64,000 nt of DNA from positions 336,536,001-336,600,000 of the forward strand of contig OZ024743.1 in the NCBI GenBank assembly GCA_964016885.1. The letters are read 5' to 3'. The position numbers were made by a program, and so were the translations under genes. The stretch is from Eledone cirrhosa. Its lineage: Eukaryota. Every line of letters starts with the position of its first letter. The stretch's first letter is position 1. Below, one piece after another: positions 48,986 through 64,000 of the stretch. Below the pieces are notes generated by a model. That model had not been told where the DNA came from. It saw only the letters and a list, made by a program, of their open reading frames with translations, and made no database searches.

Positions 48986-48989
<4 letters not shown>

Positions 48990-50230
48990 TTAATATAGAT
49001 GAGATTCTACAGGGCTAGAACTGTTTCATTCTTTAGAAATCATCAGGAATCTGGCTGTCCAAAATAAATATTGTGGTTTCCGTAATCTAGGATTTAGTAT
49101 AACTATAGAATCTAATATGACTAGGGGCAACTTTTTAGATGTCGCACTCGACCTAGATACTTCCTTCTATTACCCGTACCACAAACCTAACGAGTCCCTT
49201 AGATATATTAATGTTAATTCTAACCACTCCAAAAACATCACTGATAACTTAGTAAAAAGCGTCTCTATTAGAATCTCCGGCCTCTCGGCCAATGAAGATC
49301 TATTTAGCGCCTCTACCTCCTACTACAATGACGCCCTCGCTCGCAGCTGATTTAAAGAAAAGATAACTTACCTAGAAACCACCGCAAGACCGCATAGGAG
49401 GAATAGGAATAGGCAGATTAGCTGGTATAACCCTGCCTTCAATAGGGAGGTCTCTATACCTATAGCCAGGATATTCTTCACTTTGCTGAATACACACTTC
49501 CCCATACAACATAGGTACTACACCATATTTAATAAGAACACAATAAGACTCTCCTACTCCACTACACCTAACCTAGCTAGAAATATAGCCAATCTCAATT
49601 TTAAAAAATTAAATAAGCCAACCACCTCCAAACCCAATCCCCGGACTGAGGCCTTGTGCAATTGCCTAAATAAGAAAGCCTGCCCACTTGAAAACAAATG
49701 CCTGACAAATGATATCGTATACAAATGCGATGTCATCTCAGGCACCGATGATTGCAACAACATAAAGACTTACATCGGCATGACCTCCAATAAATTTAAG
49801 ACCCGGTGGTGTGCCCATACCCACTCTTTAAGGAGACCGGACAAATCAAATCACACTACACTCGCCTCCTATGTTTGGGACCTCAAAAGGAACACCTCTC
49901 CCTTCACGCTTAAATGGAAAATACTCCAGAAAGCGCGCTCATACAACGGAGGACACAAGTGCTGCGACCTTTGTATCTCAGAGAGCTATGAAATTTTATT
50001 CGCCAAAGGTCCGCTACTGAACAAACACTCTGAACACTGCCCGAACTGCATGCACAATAACTTTGCAACTTTCAAATACCTTAAGCCAGTTTTAATGCCA
50101 TGTGGCTAAAAATGACTTCCCCCTTTTTTTTTAAACGCCACCCGGCAAAATAGCCCCTCTACTTCCTCCCCACCCTACCCCTACACCTTCTCGACCTGAA
50201 ACACGGCACTATCCTTATGTAAGTACATCA
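48986..50230 (+). mobile_element. 5'-truncated PLE preceded by an inverted family-D pLTR piece
   Basis: NFLDVAL, WYNP, CNCLNKKACPL, IVYKC..YIGMTSNKFKTRW and CDLCISE, with one in-frame stop at 49348. Confidence 0.88.
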
Positions 50231-50463
50231 TACCTATCTGCATTTTCTGCCTTTAGAGGTGTATTTATGTGCCTGTGTATTTATGAGTACATGTATGCAT
50301 GTATTCGTATGAGTGGCCGTTCGTTTGTATACGTATGGTTGTGTGTACGTGCGTTCTTATGTATCTGCATATGTGCATGTATGAGTATGTTTGTGTGTGT
50401 ATATATATATATATATATATGTATATGTATGTGTGTATATGTGTATATATATGTATATATATG

Positions 50464-50539
<76 letters not shown>

Positions 50540-50617
50540 CATATGTATGTATATGTATGTATATATGTGTATATATATATATATATATATACATATGTAT
50601 ATATATGTATGTATATG

Positions 50618-50664
<47 letters not shown>

Positions 50665-50701
50665 GTGTATATGTATATATATATATATGTGTATATATAT
50701 G

Positions 50702-50785
<84 letters not shown>

Positions 50786-51018
50786 TATGCCCATTCCGAG
50801 CTGAAGATCTGCTAACGTGAAACAATTGTTCTCGGTATGGTGAACTAACTGTTGTGTAAACACTTCTACCTAACTCGTCCCTTGGACTGAGTGCTGTACC
50901 ACTACGGATATACGGATATTACATTCCAGTGTTCCACCACTATATATATATATATATATATACATACATATATATATATATGTGTGTATATTTGTATATA
51001 TATGAATATATATATATG

Positions 51019-51090
<72 letters not shown>

Positions 51091-51505
51091 GGAAAACGCT
51101 GATATAGCACCTGCAACTGAAGGAAAACTCTGATATAACACCTGCAACTCTGATGGTATCCAATGATGTTGACTTGTTCTTCTTTTTGGTAAATATCATC
51201 TTGGTTAAGAGAGTGGGACTGGCTTTGTGCAGTGCCTTTGCTCCCTATAAAAGCTTCAAGGCACAGGCATTGCTTTATATCTGGAGATCTCTCTGCACTT
51301 GTCGTCACATGCTACCATGGGCCCAGCACTATGTGTCAATAATTGTGACAAGTGTAGTGTTTGTACCAGAGTTTTCAAGTCGCTGGCTGGACTAAAAAGT
51401 CACACTCGTTCAGTGCATCGGTAGGGGTTCTCCTACATGGATATAAAGTAGTGGCCGTACTCGAAAACGAGTTGGCAGCCACCATATATATACATATATA
51501 CACAC

Positions 51506-51536
<31 letters not shown>

Positions 51537-51694
51537 CATACATATACATATATACATATATATACACATATACACATATACATATACATATATATATATA
51601 CACATACATATACATACATATGTATACATATATATATATATACACATATACTCATATGCACATACATATACATACATATATATATATATATATT

Positions 51695-51744
<50 letters not shown>

Positions 51745-51751
51745 CATATAC

Positions 51752-51836
<85 letters not shown>

Positions 51837-51980
51837 TATATATATACATACATATACACATATACACACATACATATACATATATATATATATATACACA
51901 CACACAAACATACACATGCATGCACATATGTATGTATATATGTATGTATATATGTATATAAATGTATATATATATATATA

Positions 51981-52885
51981 CTATAAAGTATGTCCATAGA
52001 ATCATTTGATAATATACATACACCTTTTCCTCTCCCAATTAGCATAATTAACCACATAAAAAATCAATTAGACCAGGCTATAAGATTAAAAGGCACCTAT
52101 GAAGAAATAGTAGATGAATAAACGACAGTAATCTCTTCGCGGCCGACCGCCATAGAATATTTACCAAACATTTCAACAGCACGTGGAAATCGACTAAATA
52201 TACCGTCAACCATACACAATTAGGTATAAAATTTTAAGTTACCAGGATACACACTTACCAGGATCATGTCTCTACGCTCGGGTTTCGGTCGCATTTTGAG
52301 ATATCCTATTAAGGATAAAATCTCGTCAGGAAACAAACTCATAGGAGAAGTAATTTTCTAAAGTGATCCCCGCCAGAAACATATTCAAAATGGCTAAGAA
52401 TTGTGACGTGTCAGTGGTCAAGTCAGAAAGAATGTGATTGGTTGCTTACGGCGAGTTGGCTGGTTGTTAGAAAGCGCAGCCCAATATAGCCCAAATTGCA
52501 TCTCAACCTAATGGGAGATTATTAAATATAAAGATTTACATATACACAGATATATATGTTTTTGCAACCATTCACGATGTGGCTCAATGATGACTTAATA
52601 AATTACATAATCAGAGCAATACACTATAAAGTATGTCCATAGAATCATTTGATAATATATATACACCATTTCCTCTCCCAATTAGCATAATTAACCACGT
52701 AAAAAATCTATTAGACCAGGCTATAAGATTATATGATCAGGCTATGAAGAAATTGTAGAAAAATAAACGACAGCAATCTCTTCGTGGCCGACCGCCATAG
52801 AATATTTACCCAGCATTTCAACAGCACGTGGAAATCGACTAAATATACCCTCAACCATACACAATTAGGTATAAAATTAAAGTTA
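51981..52885 (-). mobile_element. Retrozyme-like family G (period 643) with HHR at 52267-52335
   Basis: Direct repeat 51981-52240 / 52624-52885. tgtttc-CTGACGA-...tatcct taat aggata...-GAAA-cccgagc-GTA-gagaca. Confidence 0.7.
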
Positions 52886-52922
52886 GAAGAAATGCATACA
52901 CACTTAAATATATATATATGTG

Positions 52923-52999
<77 letters not shown>

Positions 53000-53213
53000 A
53001 TGTGTGTGTGTATGTATGTGTATGTATGTGTGTGTATGTATGTGTATATTTGTGTGTATATGGTTGTATATGTGTGTTTATATATGTATGTATATGTGTA
53101 TGTGTGTGTATGTGTGTGTATGTGTATATATGTATATATATATGTGTGTATATGTATGTGTGTATGTATATGTGTATGTGTATGTATGTCTGTGTGTATG
53201 TGTGTATATGTGT

Positions 53214-53245
<32 letters not shown>

Positions 53246-53406
53246 GTATGTGTATGTATATATGTATATATATATATATATAAATATATATATATACGTA
53301 TATGTATATGTATATGTATGTGCATATGTATATATATATATGCGTGTATGTGTGTATGTGTGTATGCATATATGTTTATATATGTATATATGTATGTATG
53401 TGTATG

Positions 53407-53469
<63 letters not shown>

Positions 53470-53476
53470 ATGTGTG

Positions 53477-53523
<47 letters not shown>

Positions 53524-53609
53524 TTATATATATATGTGTGTATATATGTGTGTATATGTCTATATATATATATGTGTGTATATGTATATGTGTGTGTATG
53601 TGTATGTAT

Positions 53610-53655
<46 letters not shown>

Positions 53656-53733
53656 TTATACATGTATATATATGTATTTTTATGTATTTATATATATCTA
53701 TCTATATATGTGTATGTGTGTGTATATATGTGC

Positions 53734-55270
<1,537 letters not shown>

Positions 55271-55274
<4 letters not shown>

Positions 55275-56501
55275 CACAAGACTAAATTATAATAGGTCCC
55301 CTGATATGTTCTGAGAGTAGACTGCATTTACAGTGAACTTTGATATAAAGGTATGGCACTTTGTATGGAATATTCAAGTGTAGCACTATATAATAGGGAG
55401 TAATCAACTTCCTATAGATACCTTTAGTACATCATGATAGAGTAGACTGTATTTAAAATTGAAAACTAGATATAAATATATAACCGTCTATATAAGGGAC
55501 TCAATTGAGGCGCCTTATAATGTATGTTAGAACAATGAATTTAGTTATGAGAATCAGCTAGTTACCTCCCCTTACGCATTAACTCCCCTTAATTACACAC
55601 ATACTTCCGGATAATAAACCACTGTAAATTCTCGCAGCAGAATCAACCTATTCTATAAATTTGGATTAAATAACACTGAGCCTCAATACGCTAAAATAAT
55701 TTAATTTAATGCATCAAACATTCAATACGGAATCATCGTTACTTATGTGATGGATGCAAAAACTATTCTTGATTTTTCTGAATGTGAAAATGGTGGTGGA
55801 TACGAAAATTATAACTTTCTTTTGCTTCTTCTTTGTATTTTAATTTTTTTGCACACATACTTTTTTTGTACTATACAAAAAATACCCTCGCACTACAACC
55901 ACCCTAATACTCTTGCTTACCCGCTTAAACTGCATGAATTAGATGTAACACCCTGCCACACAATAATCGTATAAAAATGAGACACACATGCATGTTCCAT
56001 TTGTAACTAACGCATACATTACCTACTAAATATGACTATCAAACTATCCTCTTGCATTATCTGTATTATCTGCCGAATGTATTTTAATTTTGATTTTGAT
56101 TTTAACTTTGATTTTGATTTTGATTTTGAATTTGAATTGCTGTACAAAAATAGTATAGTATAATATATGTCACTCCACTGTACATCAATATATATATATG
56201 TATATGTATGTCTCTTGCGTTGGAAAGGAGGTCAATTATATGTACAAACATTGAAAAATGGTCCGAAGATACCAAGCCTAGGTTTGGATGAAACAATTGT
56301 AAGTGAATAAATGCTTTGAACATAGCTTTGATTCTTGTGAATTCTATATAACTGCTCTGTAGAACAACTGATGTTATTACATTGAGCTATTTATCTCACT
56401 GGTAATAAGGTAGTAATAAATTACTGACCTTCACTGTTTAAGGTTTAAAATATACATAACTATAAAAAGTTTTAATATATACATAACCATAAATAGTATC
56501 C

Positions 56502-56510
<9 letters not shown>
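55271..56510 (+). mobile_element. Family E 3' UTR/pLTR copy
   Basis: Reverse-complement homologue of 35043-36180. Confidence 0.8.
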
Positions 56511-56557
<47 letters not shown>

Positions 56558-56681
56558 GAGTGTATGTATATATGTATGTATGTGTGTGTGTGTACACATA
56601 TATATATATGTATATATATATGTATGTGGGTTATGTGTATATATATATATGTGTGTGTATGTGTGTATGTTTATGTATATA

Positions 56682-56723
<42 letters not shown>

Positions 56724-56881
56724 TATATGTATGTATGTATATGTATGTGTGTGTGTATGTATTTATGTGTATATATATATATATATAAATATATATGTAT
56801 ATATATATATGTATATATATGTGTGTATATGTACGTATATGTGTGTGTATGTGTATGTGTGTATATGTATGTATGTATATA

Positions 56882-56923
<42 letters not shown>

Positions 56924-57015
56924 CATATATATATATATCAGTGTATGTGTATTTATGTATTTATGTATATATATATTTGTATATGTGTTTGTATATTTTT
57001 GTATATGTGTATATT

Positions 57016-57142
<127 letters not shown>

Positions 57143-57159
57143 GTGAATGTGTCGCTTGA

Positions 57160-57717
57160 CACCTGACATATAGCTTAAGAGAAACATGACAATAAGGACA
57201 GGCACACGATATTTGAACTGGTTTATAGAATTCTCTCTGCCTTTGTCTCTCTAAGTAGAACTTTGAAGAATTAGCTTTTAAAGAATTTACCTTTTCTTTA
57301 AACCCATCAACCATGACTGACCCACAGCCATCTTATAGACACCTGAAATATAGGCATTGTTGGCATTGTTGGCTTAAGCGAAACTTAAAAATTAGGAGTG
57401 GCACCTCAATTTAAACTTGTTTATAGAATTATTTCCTCCTTTGTCACTCTAAATATAAATTATAGCTTTAAAGAATTAGCTTTTAATGAATTCCCTTTTC
57501 TTTCAACCAATGACCATCCCACTCCCCACCCTCTCCTACCACCAGAAAAGATATAAATACCACAACATTTATTTTGGACAGCCAGATTCCTGATGATTTC
57601 TAAAGAATGAAACAGTTCTAGTCCTGTAGAATCTCTTCTTTATTAAAAATGTTATACTCTGCTATGTATTATGTACCTTACTTACTGTGGTTACCTCCGA
57701 TTCAACCCGGAATAACT

Positions 57718-57718
<1 letters not shown>
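57160..57718 (+). mobile_element. Family D pLTR, diverged copy
   Basis: Homologous to 33820-34390, with an intact HHR. Confidence 0.8.
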
Positions 57719-57799
<81 letters not shown>

Positions 57800-57803
<4 letters not shown>

Positions 57804-58570
57804 TAGAACACTGGAAGGTAATATACGTAGTGGTAGAGCACTCAGTTCATGGGACGAGTTAGGTAGAAGTGGTAACACAACAGTTAGTTCACCATACCGA
57901 GAACAATTGTTTCACCTTAGCGGATCCTCAGCTCGTACTTGACATGGTTATACGGAATAGGAAGGACAACCGTATGAATGCGCATGCGAAGACACGGTCA
58001 CCTCACTCAGGCAAAACAAAACTGCGTGCGAGAGGTGTAAGGGAGACAACTGCGAAAGTCCGAAAGGTTCTAGTTGATAAGAAAATTAGGATGTTGTTGT
58101 TATTCAACCCGGAGCTTTGTAGTTATATAAGAAGTGTTTCCAGACATGTGGACAACGTCTGAAGAATTCACTCTTGAGTTTAGGCCATCGCTATTGCGTA
58201 ATGTCTTTAGAATATTTATCCGTTCATCAATACATAGTCCACAAGACGGATTGCTCCTTGCGTATGGCTTGGACTTAGAGATGGCTTTCCATTGAATGGA
58301 GTAGTCTATACTTGAGTCTTTGGGGAACCATACGTGGCTCGCCAGTTTCAAGGTTGATCGTTTGTCCGGGTACCTAAAGGTCGACTGATGGTTCAGGAAG
58401 CGTTCCTTAAATCAGCCCTCTGCCATATCCACATAGTATTTGACCTCCTGTGGTTGATTTCGTCGGTTGGAAATGCCCACAGCTTCATATGCTACAGCGG
58501 GTGTGTCGCATTGCTGTTGAAGGGACCACTTTCAGGCTTTCGGCAAGAGCACCCTGGTGGGGTGTTGCTC
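57800..58570 (-). mobile_element. PLE GIY-YIG C-terminus plus family F pLTR (HHR at 57898-57935)
   Basis: KLASHVW...YSIQWK...CGLCIDER. cgag-CTGAGGA-tcc gctaa ggt-GAAA-caattg-TT-ctcg. Confidence 0.75.
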
Positions 58571-58573
58571 TTA

Positions 58574-58666
<93 letters not shown>

Positions 58667-59819
58667 CAGGTAAAAGGATTATTAACACATACGATATAAT
58701 AGGGTTTTATTCCAAGCATTAACATGTTTCATTGCCTAATAAGCAATTAATTCATTTTTTGAAATCGCTATCATCAATAGTTGATTGGATTTTGTGAAAT
58801 TCAATTTTAAATGCACAAAACAATGCAGTCACTATATGAATTATCAAAAATACTGATCATGGATTTAGCCTCACATCGGTTTTATACCAAATAACATAAA
58901 CATCAAAATGAAAAATAAAATAAACTGTGAGAAAATTACATACTTGAGTGGGTTGGGGAAATAGGATTAATATATAAAAGTGTAATAATATTTGGGTAAA
59001 AACAAAGAAGGACAAGGAAGCCTGAAAAATACATAATAAATTTAAAAAAAGGTACGGAGCATGTTAGCAGGTTTTAGGTGGGTGTGGCTAGACCTGGTCA
59101 ATGTATTTTACAGCTGATTGGTCAAATGTTCTAGTTCATTTTGGCCAGTCCTGGCATAGTATATTGGTCCTTTGATGTTGTCAAACAAGTGCTTTCTTTA
59201 TAGTGCTGTTAAAATAGTGATAGTTTAGCAGGGTAGAAGTATGATTGGTCGCCACTTTAACAGGGTAGATGATTGAAGGTCGTTAGTTGCCAGTGTGGTA
59301 AGTGATAGTATCCTCGTTGGATTATCTTGTCGACATAGACGTGAGGGAAGGTCCCTCGATCTATTTAGCATCTTTGTATTTACAATATTCTTTTCGTCAG
59401 GTCGCCAATTCCAGCAGCATGGATTATAGATGTTATTGAGACACGAGTAACATAATAATGATTTCAACAGCAGTAATTAGAGATGAAATGTTTGTTTATG
59501 TTTGATGTAGCACAAACAATGTTTGTTAACTTATATGGTTGAAGTTACAGATAAAAAGAGGTTACAAAAGGGAATGTGCCATTGCGCCGGGAAGCCGGCG
59601 AGGCTAGGGGTGCAATATCTCACCGTTACATTATGCGTGTTGCTGGCTTGAAGTTTACGGTACAAGAGAGAGATTCTTCAAATCTTCGCGGGGAATTCCT
59701 TCCTCGGGGCGCGTAGGGATACATCCTCTTCTACTGGCGCTGATTGGCTGAACTGAGCCAAATCACGCACAGAGAATTATGTGAGCCCGCGGAATGTAGG
59801 TCACTACAATAGATAAGAA

Positions 59820-59907
<88 letters not shown>

Positions 59908-60099
59908 TAAGGCTAGTTACGCACTGCGGTCGATTTAATCGACTCTCTCCCCTCCCCCAAAATCGTTGGCCTTGTGCCTATATAAGAAACCAATATTATT
60001 CATGGCGTCACATTTTCTTAAGCATTAAAAGCCTGGGAGTTGTAGAATATTCATATATAAACTGTGAGTACAGTGGGTAGAATCACAGTCTATTGCAGT

Positions 60100-60780
60100 T
60101 TGTAGTTTATGGACGTGTTGGCACATCTATTTCGACAAAATATTGTGCGTTCTATCTTGCAATTTAATAAGGTATTATTATGTTGTAAAATATGGAGTAA
60201 TTCCATATTATACAATCTGCATTGACTAGTCTCATGTGTATGCGCCTTAGTCAATAGTTAATTTACTCCAATGTATTTAGTATTTCTGTTCGTTATCCGC
60301 AAGTTGCCAGATTTTACTGGCCAGAGTTGTGTTCTTGAGTTGCGGTTTTTTATTGAGCGTCTATGCACATACCAACGTTTCTTGAATTCTTTCGCTGTAG
60401 AACCTACATATTACCATTCCTGGTCACCTGATTTTTATGGTACATAGATAAACTAAATTAGATTCTAGGTATTTGTTCTGTAGAGGTCATCTATCTGGTA
60501 GGTAGCAGTTACATTTGGTAGCTTTGCTATGTACTGACTCCAAATTATAACCTGATGTATGGCTTGTATCGGGCTGAGATACTGGTTCGTTTACGTTTAG
60601 GTACGTTGTGGAACATCGATCAAATGGTTGTGATAAAGTTACAATGCTATGTTTGTTATTAGAAGTTATGCTAGTGGTATATATACTAATATATCTAGAA
60701 CTTAGTCTTGAGTTGAGGTTTGTTATGTATGTTTCTATATTTGCTGCAGTAGAATTAAAAAAATTGGTCAGTTTGTGGGA
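60100..60780 (-). pseudogene. Degraded PLE GIY-YIG region
   Basis: KCNCYLPDR*PL, YVGSTAKEFKKRW and NTTLAS. Confidence 0.65.
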
Positions 60781-62840
60781 TGTCATCCTTATGTACCCTC
60801 ATATGCCTTTTAAGGCCAGAGATTGATTTGCAGTTCTTTTTGCACACCACACATATTGTTTCACCTAGCATTGGAGGGATAGAGCTGCATACAGTTGGCT
60901 TTTTATGTTATTTTAAAATGATGTACCTAGATTTAGAGAGCAGTAAACGACCCCATGCCTCACAAATCCAGCTCCTTATGTTTTTATTGAGGTTCACATT
61001 GTGGCCTTTTCGAAGCTGATGTTTTCATTCTGCAGCCCTCCTTCACATGTCCTCTCCATTTACCCCGCTTTAAAGCAAGCACTTCCCAGTTCTGAACTGC
61101 AAACTGTAGATCGTTAAGGTTGTTTTTTATACAATCCTTATATCTTTTTCTTGGTTTGTGCTGAGGGCATTTACCAGTGTGCAATTGACTGTAAAATATT
61201 GTTTTGAGGAGTCTTTCATCATTCAAGTGCACAACATGGCCTACCCAAAGTACTTGAGAGGATATGATGGTATATTCAATGCTCGTGAAACCAGCATCTA
61301 TAAGGATTTGTGTGTCAGGTATTTTTTGTTGCTATATGTTTAGGATTCGTCTCATACACTTTTGATTAAAGTGTTCAAGCAAATTAAGGTGTCAACGATG
61401 TACTTTCCACGTTTCCGAAGAGTACAACAGTGCACTCAGAATGCAGGACTTGTACACTAATCTTGGCCTTGATATTGATGCGAATAATCCGCCCACACTC
61501 TCCTTTCAAGTTTGCCGAAGACTACAGAGGCCTTCTAAATGTGTAGGTGTATTTCTGCATCCAGTGAACCATCCCTTGATAATGCACTGCCCAGGTAAAG
61601 AAAAGTGTCAACTACACCCAACCTAGTTCCAAGCACCATTATATTTGGTTCAATATATGCTTCCCCTGGTGATGGGGTGAACATTACATTGGTCTTTTTT
61701 AGATTAATTTTTATGCCAAAGAAGCTGGAAAATAATCCATTATATGTTGCATGTCATCTTGATAGTGAGCCAGAAAGTCAACATCGTTCTCTAATTAATA
61801 TTTGGAACATCTTGGATTTGAAATTGAACATTCTTAGGTCAAAGATCCTTCCTGTTATTCTAACTTGCAATAGAACACCCTTTGCACAGTCCTGGAATAC
61901 ACGAGTCAGCATCACAGCAAAAAGTATTGAAAATGGCGTGGGAGCCGGGATATTTCCCTGCTTCACACCATCATCAACTGGGATTTCATTGGACAATTCT
62001 CCATTTAAGACAGCCCGAGCCTTCATATTTCTGTGCAGTCGGACGAACATATCAATAAACTTTGGTGGGCACCCTATTTTTCCTAATATTTTCCACAGCC
62101 CACCTCTGTTCACCGTATCAAAGGCGTTTGTCAGATCAACAAAAACCTGATACAGAGGAACCCGCTGCTAAATACACTTCTCCTGTATTTGCCTTGCAGA
62201 GAAGATCACATTAATCGTCCCTCTGCCAGATCTAAAGCCACTTTGTGATTCAGGGATTACTGTAGGACAAATATCCTCCATCAACACCGTGGGACAATAA
62301 TCTAGCAAGAACTTTGCATACAGACTCCAAAAGAATGATGCCACGGTAGTGATCGCAGATTCCTTTATCCTCGTTATCTTTAAATAAGGTCACCAAGATA
62401 CCACCTATCCAGTCTTTTGGTGTAGGAGCTCTAGCCCAGCACTCTGTGATGAGATGGAGTATTGTTTGTGTTATGTTCTTATTACCAACCTTTAACAATT
62501 CCACAGGGATTCCATTTGATCCAGGTGCCTTATCCATGTTTGACTGGTTGATGGCCATGTTAACCTCATTATAATCCGGTAATCGATCCATTTAAAAATG
62601 TATAACACATTGGGAGATGCCATCTAGCACATCATGATCAACTGATGATGGATTATCGAATAAATCAGTGAAATATTCTTGCCAACGCTTAAGGATTTTC
62701 TCTGATTCCTTGATGATGGCATTGTCGCCTTTGGACCTTATGGGAACAATTGGTGACGTTGTTGGACCATATACTGCAAGCAAAAGACTGTAAAACAGTT
62801 TTGAATTCTTTGCTTTTTAAACCATTTAAACATTTTAAAA
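60780..62840 (-). pseudogene. RTE (BovB-like) LINE RT remnant
   Basis: ILKRWQEYF, KAPGSNGIPVE, YRGIILL, FVDLTNAFDTV, GVKQG and RLLKTIFYSQL. Confidence 0.85.
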
Positions 62841-62859
62841 AACCTTTTAAAGAAAACTT

Positions 62860-62961
<102 letters not shown>

Positions 62962-63422
62962 CATACCCACACCTACATATATATGACTTAAAAATTAGGG
63001 TTAATTTAATACAGATAAAAATGTATGAGATAGTTTACCCTAGCGGTATGGTATGAAAGATATATGAGACTAATATTCAATGTGGTTATAAATACTTAAG
63101 GAAGGATGTTAATAGGTATATCTAATCAGTGTCGATGGCGCTGTATATGTAATCGATCGGGTGTATAGTAGACGGCGGCAATTGGATTTGAAAATAGAAT
63201 TGAAATATTTGATATTGCCGTATTTCTATTACTACAAAAAATAGGCTAATAATAAGACCTGTAAAACCCTAAAACGGAAGCAAATTGGACATCGCCATGA
63301 ATGGTAATCGAACCCACAGCTCTTATGTTTCATCCGAATTATACTATAAAGTTATATCTATATAGATAGAGTGGGTAACCAATGTGTAAATAAGTATACA
63401 CATCTAATATGTAAGCATCGAA

Positions 63423-63423
<1 letters not shown>

Positions 63424-63453
<30 letters not shown>

Positions 63454-63850
63454 CTCGGGATACGCTTTCTTTTAAAATTTTATTCCTGGGAGGGTTGTGT
63501 GGGCAGAGTCCTCAAACACTCCTTCCAGTGGCTCCTGTTAGAAGCAACCGTCTCCAACTCATCCAGCTGAATCCCAAAGCGAGACCAGCCAAGCTCATAG
63601 ATGTTATCCAAACATCTTTTCTCTGGGTCTATACCCGGGACCCCTGCCGGTTGGTGTTGTCCGTAAAATCTGCCCAGCGATTCTTTCCTGGGATATTCTA
63701 ACCACATGTTCATAGTATCGGAGCTATTATCGCTCAATTCGGAGAAGTACTAGCTCTACCTGGAGAGACTGTTGTATCTCCAGGCTACGCATTCTATTCG
63801 CGATCATATTCTTTCGGTCATTACCCAAGATAGGTAACTGCTGTCACGAA
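63424..63850 (-). mobile_element. RTE LINE 3' end with (GAA)n tail
   Basis: KRCLDNIYE...ASNRSHWK followed by a (GAA)n tail at 63424-63455. Confidence 0.6.
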
Positions 63851-64000
63851 TATAGAATTGAAAATAGCGAGTTTGGATTTTACACCTTCCGCCTTTCTTC
63901 TGATTGCTGAATATTTAAGCTAGTACCTTATTGCATAAGCTCCTATGAAATTCTTTGTAAATAAAAACAAGTGATAAACACCTTTATTCTATTTTCGGAC

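Noticed and set aside
49348-49350. In-frame TGA in a PLE as possible selenocysteine (as reported for Naiad PLEs)
   Set aside because: It aligns with Gly in sister PLEs (ANSGY, ARSGH), so it is a GGA>TGA mutation. No SECIS was recognised.

Overview
Eukaryotic, AT-rich, repeat-saturated DNA with no recognisable host gene. The tRNA-derived SINEs and (TA)n load look like an octopus/coleoid genome (recognition, not a database result). 3.3-8.7 kb is a Ty3/Gypsy (CsRn1-like) LTR element with CATT target duplication, and 9.7-14.2 kb is a Tx1/L1-like LINE. From about 17 to 61 kb there is a dense nest of Penelope-like elements (PLEs) and short non-coding derivatives, mostly inserted in (TA)n. By eye they carry roughly 25-28 type I hammerhead ribozyme (HHR) motifs, some degenerate. 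RTE LINE and Helitron remnants are interspersed. Two main findings: (1) At least three unrelated 520-650 nt retrozyme-like families have HHRs with extra hairpins in loop II, showing covariation and, in one family, a U3-A8 core variant. (2) One pLTR copy (32319-32600) differs from its sister by 35 A>G changes versus 1 other change, with no 5'-G contexts. This looks like ADAR A-to-I hyper-editing that was reverse-transcribed into the genome. Most ORFs in the supplied track are microsatellite artefacts. All counts and alignments were made by eye.
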